From assembly GCA_016182905.1 (NCBI GenBank), contig JACPFR010000005.1:76185-140184 (forward strand): a stretch of 64,000 nucleotides of DNA. The letters run 5' to 3'. The position numbers were made by a program, and so were the translations under genes. Of the stretch, positions 9,801-16,820 are shown in pieces. The notes beneath the pieces were generated by a model. That model was not told the DNA's origin, searched no databases, and saw nothing but the letters and a program-made list of their open reading frames with translations. Every line of letters begins with the position of its first letter. Position 1 is the stretch's first letter. This DNA comes from Elusimicrobiota bacterium. Lineage in GTDB: Bacteria > Elusimicrobiota > Elusimicrobia > UBA1565 > UBA9628.

Positions 9801-12111
9801 GGAGACGTTCTACCGTTTCGTCGACGTAATGCCTAGCACGGCTCCCTTCCTGGTTTACACGGCTTCATTCACATTCACGGGCGCCGATGGGGCCGGTACG
9901 GTCGAGTTCTACTCGCGCGATCAGGTGCTCAACACGGAGCCGGTGCGCTCCCGCGCGCTGCTGCTGGACTCCACGCGTCCCGTGGCCGTCATCGACTCGC
10001 CGCACGGCGGGCAGGGCATCTGCTCGGTGGTCAAGGGGATCATCCCGGTGCGGGGCACGGCGCGGGACCTGCATTTCGCGAGTTATCTCCTTGAGTCCGC
10101 TCCGGGACGCGACGCCGCCGCCGGCTTCGTGGCGGCGAGCTCCGGGACGGCCGCGGTGGACGCGGGCCTATTGGGGACCTGGGACGCTCGGTCGTTGTCG
10201 GGCTGGCAGACCTTGCGGCTGACCGTCTTGGATCAGGTGCGCAACGCCTCCGTCGCGACCCTCAGCGTCTTCGTGGGCGACCCCGGGCGGCTGCTGGTGT
10301 TGGGAAGTCACGAGACCTTCAACATGCCCCAGGGCGTGGCGGCCGGCGCGGACGGCCGGATCTACGTCGCCGAGACCAACGACGACCAAGTCCAGGTCTT
10401 CTCCGCCACCGGGACTGCGTTGGTTTCCTTCGGGCGCGGCCACGGGCGAGACAATGACGAGGACGCGGGCCTGCGGCTGAACAAGCCCAAGAGCGTGGCG
10501 GTGGATGCCGCGGGAGCCATATTCATAGCCGATACCCACAACGACCGGATCTTGAAACTCTCCGCCACGGGACAGGTGCTGCTCGAGGTAGGACGGCGCA
10601 AGCCCGGAAGGAAGGACGACGACAAAGACGGCAAGGACAAGGGGAAGAACGAATCTCAGGAGTTCCAGTCGGGGAAGGGGCCGGGAGAGTTCCGCAAGCC
10701 CTCAGGCGTCGCGGTCGACGGCGAGGGGAACATCTTCGTCGCGGACACCGACAACAACCGGGTCCAGAAGCTGGGGCCTGACGGTGCTCCTCTGCTCGCC
10801 TTCGACCTGCCCCCCGCCTCGGGCGATGGCGAGGACGAGGACCGCGACTGCGAGAGGCCCGAGCTCGGGCGTCCCGTCGGCATCGCCCTGGACGGCGCGG
10901 GCAACATCTACGTCGCCGACCCGCGCGGCGCGCGGGCGCTCAAGTTCAGCCCGGCCGGACAACTCCTAATGACTTTGCCCATCCATTCGGAGGGCGAGGG
11001 GGGCCGCGGCAAGCCCGGCCGTCCCGAGGGGGTCGCGGTCTCGCCGGACGGCAGCTGCGTGCTGGTCTCGGACCAAAGGTCCTCGCGCGTGATCAAGTTC
11101 GACGCGGCGGGCGTCCAGACGCTGGCGTTCGGGGAGCCGGGCAAGATCAAGGACAACAAGCCCCTGCCCAAGCGGCTGGTCCTGCGCAAGCCCGCGGGCT
11201 TGGCCCTGGACGCCGGCGGCAAACTCTACGTGGCCGACCGCAACAACGACCGCATCCAGGTGTTCGGGCTTTCGACCGGCGAACCTGCGCTGGTGGTCCC
11301 GCCGCCCGCGCATGACCACAACGACGAACATGTCGCCCGGGAGGTGGTGGACAGGGAGGAGGGCGGCAGCGTGGAGCGCGACGACCAGGCCGGGGTGAAC
11401 ATCCCGGCCGGAGCTTTGGCCGAGGACCTCAAGATCACCGTGTCCACGCCTTCCGTCTCCGTTGAGGGCGACCGGGACCGGAACAGGGATGAGCAGAACC
11501 TCAAGGTCGTCTCGGCGCCGGTCGAGTACGGCCCCGAAGGGACGAAATTCAAGGAGCCGGTGACCTTGATCCTGCCGTACACTCCCGACCTGATCGCCGC
11601 TCAGGGGGTCGCCGAGGACAGCCTCAAGATCCACTACTGGAACAAGGGAAAGGGCGAGTGGGAGGCCCTGGAGTCGGAGGTGGACAAGAAGAACGGCACC
11701 ATCAAGGCGAAGACCCCGCACTTCTCGCTCTACCAGGTCCTGGGCTCGACGGGACCCGGGACCGCCGCCGCCCCCCTGGCGGCCGACGCCTCCTTCGGCT
11801 TCAAGGACCTGTACGCATTCCCCAATCCCGTGCGTGGGCAGGGGCCGGTCACGATCCGCATCCAGCCGGGCCTGGCCGACTCAATCACAGTGAGGGTCTA
11901 CGACGTGTCGGGCCGTAAGGTCCACGAGTCGTCGAACTTCGTAAACCGCGGCGCCTTCGACGACGGGAACGGGAAAGGCCCGCAGTACACCTATGACCAC
12001 ATCTGGGATGTCTCCGGCGTCGGCTCGGGGGTCTACACCTTCGTCGTGACCGCGACCAAGAGCGGCGAACGGGACATCCATAAGACGGGGAAGGTCGGCC
12101 TCATAAAATGA
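3823..12111 (+). CDS. giant cell-surface protein: signal peptide, N-terminal domain, 3 FN3-like domains, more than 10 Ig-like repeats, 6 NHL repeats, T9SS-type C-terminal sorting domain
   Basis: 2762-aa ORF. FN3-like segments (LSLSWNATG.., FALSWTTSANGAGTEYQV..). Repeated roughly 95-aa units ending in Y-S-x-D-x-x-G-N-x-E (FYSVDVLGNAE, FYSVDLAGNVE, YRAVDNVGNVE ...). Six NHL repeats (IYVAETNDDQVQVF; IFIADTHNDRILKL; IFVADTDNNRVQKL; IYVADPRGARALKF; VLVSDQRSSRVIKF; LYVADRNNDRIQVF). C-terminus FPNPVRGQGPVTIRI...ITVRVYDVSGRKVHE...SGVYTFVVTATKSGERDIHKTGKVGLIK fits the T9SS CTD pattern (TIGR04183-like). Confidence 0.85.
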   Translation: MNSERIRRLAVRTALGLSLVAASWTGFVRPPFARAASVCTVVKLELEQKAALEREAFNAHLVLTNNQADTPLSSLRVTISIKDSLGNPADALFFNKVTDIAGVSAVDGTGTMQPAAVADIRWLIIPSPGAGGSQYDGTQYQVTAQISYVSGETPGLNPTQPAYITVYPQPLLSLEYLMPFEVFGVDPFTLTGSTEPFPLGLRVSNVGAGTAVNFQIDSAQPGITDNKQGLPISFQIVGAFLNSSPLPANTLTVPFGNIPPGGSSLASWQMTSSFSGRFTDFTVTATHDASLGGALTSLIQSVTTYTLIKDVLDDQPGRDAQYDLLVNVGTPRSRMESDYQSGLEPKPDALIDSDRPGFTPVRNVPAHLGGGLSGSNGVLNVVFDQAVPTGTWVHTSIPFPQGDSVPLTSVSRSDGKPINPRNAWIAKHIDKLTNTRTYFLHLLDFTSSEPVGYAMTFNAASLIVPPDPISNLSALASGPGALSLSWNATGAEGSSGTIVGGRYAIFASTDPSAVPGVAGAAVSFSTVTQALAGQDYLLSGLLGNATYQIAVFLANAAGQFSSVSNMVVVQTLANPPTAVQVTSITASGFALSWTTSANGAGTEYQVALSSGEQTAFTADQSSAVFSGLNANQTYSVTSVERNGAQALTPAVVIAGVTTLALPPATTSPAFVSITTDSAQAQWLLDGNPTDTEFFSELSTSASRAPVFAASGWVRAHDFTFAGLPSGTTFYGQVKARNRALTETAYADLGAMRTAPVDNLPPLTSLAVGLPQFGASPVYIATGTILSLSAVDDKAVEGDGIGLGVAQTLFAIDSSSFTAYTGTFTLVAQGTHTIQFYSVDVLGNAEIARSALVAVAAPPAAVVDLALAAVHPSSVTLRWTEPVGAIPQVSYDLRRATFPITTDNFDAATAIPAPAPASSGTVLSIDVAGVTEPGFYAALVSRNALGGVSPLSNVAGLIRSTVTVNGYPELAFSANQSVTATLLSPAEGKGAVAFASAAPVGLILVSSIYDLGPEGAVFNPYAALTLRYSAATLAALGLVPSDLAIYQYVAGSGWVAVSAQTLSVDDQNVIATIPSLASIFALLGKSHVPPTLALTPINGSTVTTPTPRITAVYSAIGPGVAPATVRLTLDGADATASAVVTASEASFTPDAALAQGSHTVTAAVADYAGNVATASSTFFLDSVPPETTLVVGDPLFSSTTLFVTAATPLGLTASEPARTFYAVGSSTFAAYSGTFTLVALGTYTVQFYSVDLAGNVEATRSAQAAVDGLPPRTAAAFGEPKFAGDRLYVSSTTPIEFSAADDLASLGDGSGAGAAQTLLSVDSAAFAAAVSAISLSSEGEHALSWYSRDLLGNSEIPVSTSIVVDLTPPLTQLLISSPSITQASGTVVGPATILSLSAQDPVSGGVASGVKDTFLSVSTNVFAPAPVTFTLFGADGPRTVSFYSRDNVLNAEPLASATVLLDATPPVSAATIAVPLYVAADGTRYVTPATPISFSAQDAAVDGVASGVGRIEVSVDGAAFAVYAAGLTFAEGRHVVRYRAVDNVGNVEAERELLLRSDATPPLTVFAPSGTFFTAADGARFAPLSFSYSLPAADPVVGDVASGLAFTRYALDSGSFQAYATTFTLTEGVRRVDFQSEDNLGHLELLQSATVFVDAAAPLTALAIGAPQFISSGTVYVSTATPFSLNSQDPTVAGTASGVSGISFRLDAAAFGPYLSVFTLPAPDGLRNVAWSAADNVGNVEAEKTSSVALDATAPQSSLVVVGGRQVAGPDAASFYASSDTRVAFMSFDPVTSGVASGLAAVRYQDNGGAFQNFAAPPALGEGRHALGYQAQDNVLNLEVLRSTTVLVDATPPVTAISMGAPTFTAADGTVYVAPASSISFSAADPSLPSGEPGSGAERVEVSVDAGVYAAFNAPLTFSEGLHTVRYRALDRVGNVSAERTLELRSDATPPASELAIGEPSFSLSSATVLVSSMTPLSIAAQDPTVNAVASGVKETFYRFVDVMPSTAPFLVYTASFTFTGADGAGTVEFYSRDQVLNTEPVRSRALLLDSTRPVAVIDSPHGGQGICSVVKGIIPVRGTARDLHFASYLLESAPGRDAAAGFVAASSGTAAVDAGLLGTWDARSLSGWQTLRLTVLDQVRNASVATLSVFVGDPGRLLVLGSHETFNMPQGVAAGADGRIYVAETNDDQVQVFSATGTALVSFGRGHGRDNDEDAGLRLNKPKSVAVDAAGAIFIADTHNDRILKLSATGQVLLEVGRRKPGRKDDDKDGKDKGKNESQEFQSGKGPGEFRKPSGVAVDGEGNIFVADTDNNRVQKLGPDGAPLLAFDLPPASGDGEDEDRDCERPELGRPVGIALDGAGNIYVADPRGARALKFSPAGQLLMTLPIHSEGEGGRGKPGRPEGVAVSPDGSCVLVSDQRSSRVIKFDAAGVQTLAFGEPGKIKDNKPLPKRLVLRKPAGLALDAGGKLYVADRNNDRIQVFGLSTGEPALVVPPPAHDHNDEHVAREVVDREEGGSVERDDQAGVNIPAGALAEDLKITVSTPSVSVEGDRDRNRDEQNLKVVSAPVEYGPEGTKFKEPVTLILPYTPDLIAAQGVAEDSLKIHYWNKGKGEWEALESEVDKKNGTIKAKTPHFSLYQVLGSTGPGTAAAPLAADASFGFKDLYAFPNPVRGQGPVTIRIQPGLADSITVRVYDVSGRKVHESSNFVNRGAFDDGNGKGPQYTYDHIWDVSGVGSGVYTFVVTATKSGERDIHKTGKVGLIK
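6100..10270 (+). repeat. tandem in-frame array of about 11-13 Ig-like domain repeats inside the giant surface-protein gene
   Basis: Protein-level periodicity of about 95 aa with recurring P-P-x-T..., SGV(A/K), and (F/Y)YS(V/R)D(x)(L/V)GN(x)E motifs. DNA-level identity between units appears low (diverged repeats). Confidence 0.7.
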
Positions 12112-12998
12112 GAGCACTCAAGGTCGCCGGACTGATCGTCCTCTCCGCCCAGGTCTCCTGGGCCGCGGAGACCGCGTCGTTTCTCGACATCGGCGTGGGC
12201 GGACGCGCGCTGGGCATGGGCGGCGCCTACACGGCCCTGGCCGACGACGCGAACGCCCTCTACTGGAACCCCGCGGGCTTGGCGCGCCTGGAGAAGCGCG
12301 AGGCGACGGCGAGCCATGCCGAGCTGTTCGAGAGCACGCGGCTCGACTTCCTGGCGTACGCGAATCCCACGACGCAGGGCGTCCTCTCGGCGGGGCTCAC
12401 CTACCTGAGCCAGCCTAAGATTCCGGGGCGCGACAGCCTTGGACGCCCGACGGGAGGATATGACGCCTCGGACGCCGCCGTGAGCCTCGGCTTCGCCCGC
12501 AAGCTCGACATGGCCGATTTCGGCGTCTCCGTGAAGTACGTCCGCAGCCACATCGGCTCCGTCGAGGCGCAGACCGTCGCCGTGGACGTGGGCGCCAAAC
12601 GAGCGCTGGGAAGCCTGGTGTTCGGCGCAGCGTTTCGCAACCTGGGGCCTGGGCTCAAGTACGACAACGAGCGCAACGACCTGCCCCTCAGGCTCGCCGT
12701 CGGCGCCGCCTACAAGTTCGCAGGAGGGCACGCGGCCGCAGTCGAGGCCGTCAACGGCCCGCGCGGCGCGGGAACGGACGGCTCCTTCGGCGGGGAGTTC
12801 CAGGCGCTCAAGAACGTCTATCTTCGTGCCGGCTACACCACCCAAAGCGCCGTCACCGGCGGCGCAGGCTTCGACGCGGCGCGCGGGTTGACCTTCGGCC
12901 TCGGCATGCGCAACGAGAAGTGGAGCATGGACTACGCGATCCTCCCGACCGGCGAGCTCGGGCGATCTCACCGGTTCAGCCTTGGTGCTCGATTTTAG
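12108..12998 (+). CDS. outer-membrane beta-barrel of the FadL/PorV-like group (possible T9SS PorV/PorQ or PorP/SprF-type partner)
   Basis: Signal peptide (LIVLSAQVSWAAETA). N-terminal motif GGRALGMGGAYTALADDANALYWNPAGLA matches the FadL/PorV-type start. Abundant alternating aromatic-rich strands and a C-terminal F. Start overlaps the stop of the CTD-bearing giant gene. Confidence 0.6.
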   Translation: MRALKVAGLIVLSAQVSWAAETASFLDIGVGGRALGMGGAYTALADDANALYWNPAGLARLEKREATASHAELFESTRLDFLAYANPTTQGVLSAGLTYLSQPKIPGRDSLGRPTGGYDASDAAVSLGFARKLDMADFGVSVKYVRSHIGSVEAQTVAVDVGAKRALGSLVFGAAFRNLGPGLKYDNERNDLPLRLAVGAAYKFAGGHAAAVEAVNGPRGAGTDGSFGGEFQALKNVYLRAGYTTQSAVTGGAGFDAARGLTFGLGMRNEKWSMDYAILPTGELGRSHRFSLGARF

Positions 12999-13150
12999 CA
13001 GTCGCCTCTATACGGCTAAACCGGAGCAAACTGGAATATGCCGACCAGCCTATCGAGCGGCCATTATCATGAATGAAGAGAAAAAGATGCCTACTTCAGT
13101 ACGCTACGACGCAGCTCTCCAGCTCGCGTCGCTGAAACGCCCCCGCGATA

Positions 13151-13789
13151 TTAGGCTCGTCGTTCCGCGTCGATGAAGTATGAGCGAACGCCCGCCGAAA
13201 CGGCGACGGCCATCACCAGACAGCCGATGACCTGGACGGCCGCGCCCAAGCCCACGTCGTGGGTGAGCAGGCCCGCGGTCTCAAGCAGGTAGGTCCAGTC
13301 GTGGACGCCGCCGGCCACGAGGTCCAACTGCTGAGCTCTCGCGTCCGCGACGTAGTGCCCGATGCCGAGAAAGTTCTGCCCGAGCCAGAACAGCGCGACG
13401 CAGGCGGAGAGCCTCTCCCCGCGCTTAAGGAAGTGGAGCATTGCCGCCCCGGGCAGGAGCAGCTGCATCAAGGTCCCGCCCGCGACCATGATGAAGCGCG
13501 CGCCCAACAGGCCGAAGACGACGTGGCCGCCCTCGTGGAAGGCCAAGTTCACGAAGTCCGGCAGCCAGAACGCGCGCATGAGCCACTGCCTGGCCGGGAC
13601 CATGACAGCGAAAAACAGGACGGCGCCGGCGATATAGGGCGGCGTCCAGAACGTCAGCGCGGCGGCATCGGCCGACTGTGAGGCGGCCATCGGCCTCGCG
13701 GACTGCGGCTTCTTGCTCAGCATCTCTGAGCAGACCTGGCAAAACAAGGCGTCGGCGGCATTGTCGTTCCGACAGGACGGGCAGTTCAT
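13151..13789 (-). CDS. zinc-ribbon membrane protein with HExxH motif (putative small membrane metallopeptidase, S2P/M50-like)
   Basis: N-terminal CPSC...CQVC zinc ribbon. Multiple TM segments. FHEGGHVVFG (HExxH inside a helix) plus downstream LDLVAGG/DW reminiscent of the S2P LDG motif. Confidence 0.45.
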   Translation of the reverse strand: MNCPSCRNDNAADALFCQVCSEMLSKKPQSARPMAASQSADAAALTFWTPPYIAGAVLFFAVMVPARQWLMRAFWLPDFVNLAFHEGGHVVFGLLGARFIMVAGGTLMQLLLPGAAMLHFLKRGERLSACVALFWLGQNFLGIGHYVADARAQQLDLVAGGVHDWTYLLETAGLLTHDVGLGAAVQVIGCLVMAVAVSAGVRSYFIDAERRA

Positions 13790-14025
13790 GTTCAGGAGAG
13801 CATGGCGTGTCCGGCGCTTCTTGTCAAGATGGCCGGACTTGGTGAGTTTGCGAACTTTGACGCCCTCGGGCCGCCCTCTCCGACGAGGATTAGGGCTAGA
13901 CCTGAGCGGTTGTCAGGCGGAGGCCTTTCACCTCACAGAAATAGCGACTGTGATCGTCGGGAAGTGAGAATTCGCATAGCCATCCTGAATGTCATTGAGT
14001 AACCCATAAAGCGGGCGTATTATTT

Positions 14026-14101
14026 AAAAATAGGCCTTTAAACATTATAGACTTGAAAAAATAGGCCTCTTCTGTTATATTAGAGTTAGATTATAGGCCT
14101 C
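14026..14101 (+). repeat. three direct copies of A-rich ATAGGCCT motif at about 30-bp spacing upstream of fic
   Basis: aaaaATAGGCCTtta / aaaaaATAGGCCTctt / attATAGGCCTcc within an AT-rich low-GC intergenic stretch directly 5' of the Fic gene. Confidence 0.6.
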
Positions 14102-14132
14102 CAAGTCATTCTCAGGCTCATAAGAGTGAAAA

Positions 14133-15605
14133 ATGACGCCCTTATCAGAACTCATCTTTGGGACATCAGAAAACAAGGAGGCCAAGCGCCTGCGCCGCTT
14201 ATTGCGTGCAGGACAGGCTAGAAAGATTGCGCCACGCCTATACACAACCAATCTTACGGACCTGCCCGAGAAGATAGTCCGAGATAACTACCACGAAATC
14301 CTTGGGAGGCTTTTTCCCAAAGCAGTCATCAGCCATCGGACCGCGCTGGAAGGAAAGCCTACAGCAAGCTGGGAAGTATTTCTTACCAGCTCTTATCCCC
14401 GAAAAGTCGTATTGCCGGGCCTTACAGTCAGAATCATGAAGGGTCCGCCCGCTGGAATTGCGGACAAGCCCTTCATGGTGGGGGACCTCTTCCTCGCATC
14501 GGAACCACGAGCATTCCTCGAGAACCTCCAGCCAAGTCGCCGAGGAGCGACCACGTCAAAGGCCATTTCCCGTCAAGAGCTAGAAGAACGTCTTGAAAGA
14601 ACCCTTCGCCTAAGGGGCGAGAAAGCCCTAAACAATCTACGTGATGAAGCTCGGCGCGTCGCTAACGAATCCGGCTTCCTCGAAGAGTTTAAGTCGCTGG
14701 ATGCGATCATCGGGGCAATGCTCAAGACAAAACCGGCTTCTGGACTGCAATCAGCATTGGCCAAGGCACGGGCAGCAGGAGAGGCGTTCGATCCGGAGCG
14801 GCTAAGAGTATTCGAGGCTCTTTTCTCTGCCCTAAAACAAACTCCGCTACGAGAGACTGCTGAGGCGCATACAAATTCAGAAGCTTTGCGAGTGCTCGCC
14901 TTCTTCGAGTCCTACTTTTCAAATTATATTGAAGGGACAAAATTCGAAGTTGATCAGGCGCATGAGATCGTATTTGAAGGGAGGATCCCAATCACGCGTC
15001 CAAAGGATGCGCATGATGTCTTAGGAACTTATCGAGTTGTCTCGAACATCGCAGGGCTGAGTGAACGGCCTCAAGCCATGGATTCGTTTTGGACGCTGCT
15101 CTCAACTCGCCATGAAGCTATGCTCGGCGCCAGGCCAGAAATTCGGCCAGGCGAGATGAAGATGGACGTCAACCGCGCCGGGGACACGGTATTTGTCGTG
15201 CCAGATCTCGTAAGAGGGACGCTGGCAAGAGGCCTTGAGTTTTATAAGGTCCTGGATTCTCCATCGGCTCGGGCGGCGTTCATGATGTTTCTGGTTTCCG
15301 AGGTTCACCCTTTTAACGATGGCAACGGCCGTATTGCTCGCGTGATGATGAATGCCGAGCTGGTCGCGGCAGGTTTACGACGGATCATCATCCCAACAGT
15401 ATTTCGCGACGATTACCTCGGCGCGCTTCGAGCTCTTAGCCGGAGAGGCGATCCTGGCGCTTATCTGCGCATGTTTGATTACGCCCAGTTATTTTCAGCA
15501 AGCATCGATTTCTCCGACTTTCCAACTGCGCGGCGGGCATTGGAAGCGGCGAACGCTTTCAAAGACCCCGGAGAAGCGAAGCTCGTCATCCGAAAGAGCG
15601 AGTAA
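14133..15605 (+). CDS. fic: Fic/Doc family protein (class II Fic with cis inhibitory motif), adenylyltransferase-type toxin-like
   Basis: Canonical Fic motif HPFNDGNGRIARVMMN. Upstream inhibitory-helix motif S-x-x-x-E-G (FSNYIEGT). Gene GC (about 50%) is far below the flanking sequence (about 70%). Confidence 0.85.
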   Translation: MTPLSELIFGTSENKEAKRLRRLLRAGQARKIAPRLYTTNLTDLPEKIVRDNYHEILGRLFPKAVISHRTALEGKPTASWEVFLTSSYPRKVVLPGLTVRIMKGPPAGIADKPFMVGDLFLASEPRAFLENLQPSRRGATTSKAISRQELEERLERTLRLRGEKALNNLRDEARRVANESGFLEEFKSLDAIIGAMLKTKPASGLQSALAKARAAGEAFDPERLRVFEALFSALKQTPLRETAEAHTNSEALRVLAFFESYFSNYIEGTKFEVDQAHEIVFEGRIPITRPKDAHDVLGTYRVVSNIAGLSERPQAMDSFWTLLSTRHEAMLGARPEIRPGEMKMDVNRAGDTVFVVPDLVRGTLARGLEFYKVLDSPSARAAFMMFLVSEVHPFNDGNGRIARVMMNAELVAAGLRRIIIPTVFRDDYLGALRALSRRGDPGAYLRMFDYAQLFSASIDFSDFPTARRALEAANAFKDPGEAKLVIRKSE

Positions 15606-15721
15606 GAGGAGTTTCCGTCTCTGGGACTAGTGCCTGAACTGCCGCTGATCCAGAGCCGGAGGTTGTCGCCGATCCGGCACCCGCACCAAAATCCTTGTCG
15701 AGATGCGTGTCGAGATGACGC

Positions 15722-15768
15722 CAAAAACCAACAAAAAACCGCAAACTCGAACAAACTCAAGTTTGCGG
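15722..15768 (-). terminator. rho-independent terminator (minus strand)
   Basis: Minus-strand sequence CCGCAAACTtgagtttgttcgAGTTTGCGG followed by TTTTTTGTTGGTTTTT. Confidence 0.7.
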
Positions 15769-15895
15769 TAATTGTCGATTTCTCGACGAGAACTCGATTC
15801 TGACAGCGGAACTGCTTCCTGCGCCGGGGGCACCCGTCAGTTTTACAGACCGGTGCTTTTGACCGCTCAGCCACCCTACCATTGCGGCTGCGACA
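15722..15895 (-). ncRNA. candidate small RNA with tRNA-like 5' domain (or decayed tRNA remnant) bounded by a promoter-like element and an intrinsic terminator
   Basis: Minus strand GGTAGGGTGGCTGAGCGGTCAAAAGCACCGGTCTGTAAAACTGACGGGTGCCCCCGG resembles the acceptor, D-arm and anticodon arm of class-II tRNAs (D-loop GAGCGGTCAAA, anticodon loop CTGTAAA, hairpin variable arm). No canonical T-arm or 3' acceptor strand follows. TTGCGG-N17-CATAAT lies upstream and the terminator lies downstream. Confidence 0.3.
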
Positions 15896-15928
15896 GGGCA
15901 TTATGGCATTTCAGGGTCGCAGCCGCAA
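15882..15928. repeat. perfect 13-bp inverted repeat (hairpin) immediately downstream of htpX
   Basis: TTGCGGCTGCGAC - 21 nt - GTCGCAGCCGCAA. Confidence 0.8.
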
Positions 15929-15948
15929 CGGTATCAATAAACGGCGGT

Positions 15949-16815
15949 CTAGGCCCTGCGCAGGGCCGCGATGCGGTCCGCCAGCGGCGGATGCGTCGAG
16001 ATCAGCGCCAGGAAGCCGCCGCGCCCGCCGGCGATCTTGAGCGTCGCCAGCGCCTCCTGCGTGTCGTGGGGCTCGAAGCGGCGCTGCAGGGCCTGCAGGG
16101 CGGCGATCATCTTCTCGCGGCCGCCGAGCTTGGCGCTGCCGGCGTCGGCGCGGAACTCCCGGTGGCGGGAGAACCAGGCGACGACGACCATGCCCAGTAT
16201 TCCGAGAGCGATCTCGAGCGCGAACACCGTCAGGCGGTCCATCCCCCGGTGGTCGCGGTCGGAGCCGCGGCTCAGCGCGAAGGCGATGACCCGGGCCAGG
16301 AACATGACGAAGGCGTTGACCACGCCCTGGATCAAGGTCATCGTGACCATGTCGCCGTTGGCGACGTGGGCGATCTCGTGGGCGAGCACGCCCTCGAGCT
16401 CGTCCTGGCTCATGCTCTCGAGCAGGCCGGTCGAGACGGCGACCAGCGCGCGGGACTTCGTCGGGCCCGTGGCGAAGGCGTTGGGCTCGGGGCTGTCGTA
16501 GATCCCGACCTCGGGCATCGCCGGCAGGCCCGCGCGGCGCGCGAGGCCGTGGACGGTCCCGACCAGCGGGTGGCCGGAGCGCGCGTCGAGGACCTTGACT
16601 CCCATGCTCCACTTGGCCATCACGCGCGACAGGGACAGCGAGACGAAGGCGCCGCCCATGCCCCACGCGAGGCAGAACGCGGCGAGCGAGCCGTAGTCGA
16701 TGCCCCTCGCGCTCAGGTACGGTCCCACGCCCAGCACCGACAGCAGGACGGAGATGGTGAGGACCACCAGCAGGTTCACGGCCATGAATAGGAACACGCG
16801 TTTCATCCAGGTCAT
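15949..16815 (-). CDS. htpX: protease HtpX (M48 family zinc metalloprotease)
   Basis: HEIAHV zinc motif, TM segments, and the overall HtpX pattern (GLPAMPEVGIYDSPEPNAFATG; LAHEIAHVANGDM). Confidence 0.9.
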   Translation of the reverse strand: MTWMKRVFLFMAVNLLVVLTISVLLSVLGVGPYLSARGIDYGSLAAFCLAWGMGGAFVSLSLSRVMAKWSMGVKVLDARSGHPLVGTVHGLARRAGLPAMPEVGIYDSPEPNAFATGPTKSRALVAVSTGLLESMSQDELEGVLAHEIAHVANGDMVTMTLIQGVVNAFVMFLARVIAFALSRGSDRDHRGMDRLTVFALEIALGILGMVVVAWFSRHREFRADAGSAKLGGREKMIAALQALQRRFEPHDTQEALATLKIAGGRGGFLALISTHPPLADRIAALRRA

Positions 16816-16820
16816 TTGAT

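Noticed and set aside
12982-14002. Short ORFs 12982..13176 (64 aa), 13713..13967 (84 aa), 13802..14002 (66 aa) in low-GC intergenic DNA
   Set aside because: No RBS or motif support. They lie in intergenic, repeat-containing DNA flanking the Fic island.
15800-15880. Calling this an intact tRNA-Tyr/Ser gene
   Set aside because: The acceptor, D-arm and anticodon-arm parts look tRNA-like (anticodon loop CTGTAAA), but no canonical T-arm (GTTCRANYC) or complementary 3' acceptor strand could be found. It is reported only as a tRNA-like remnant or small-RNA candidate.
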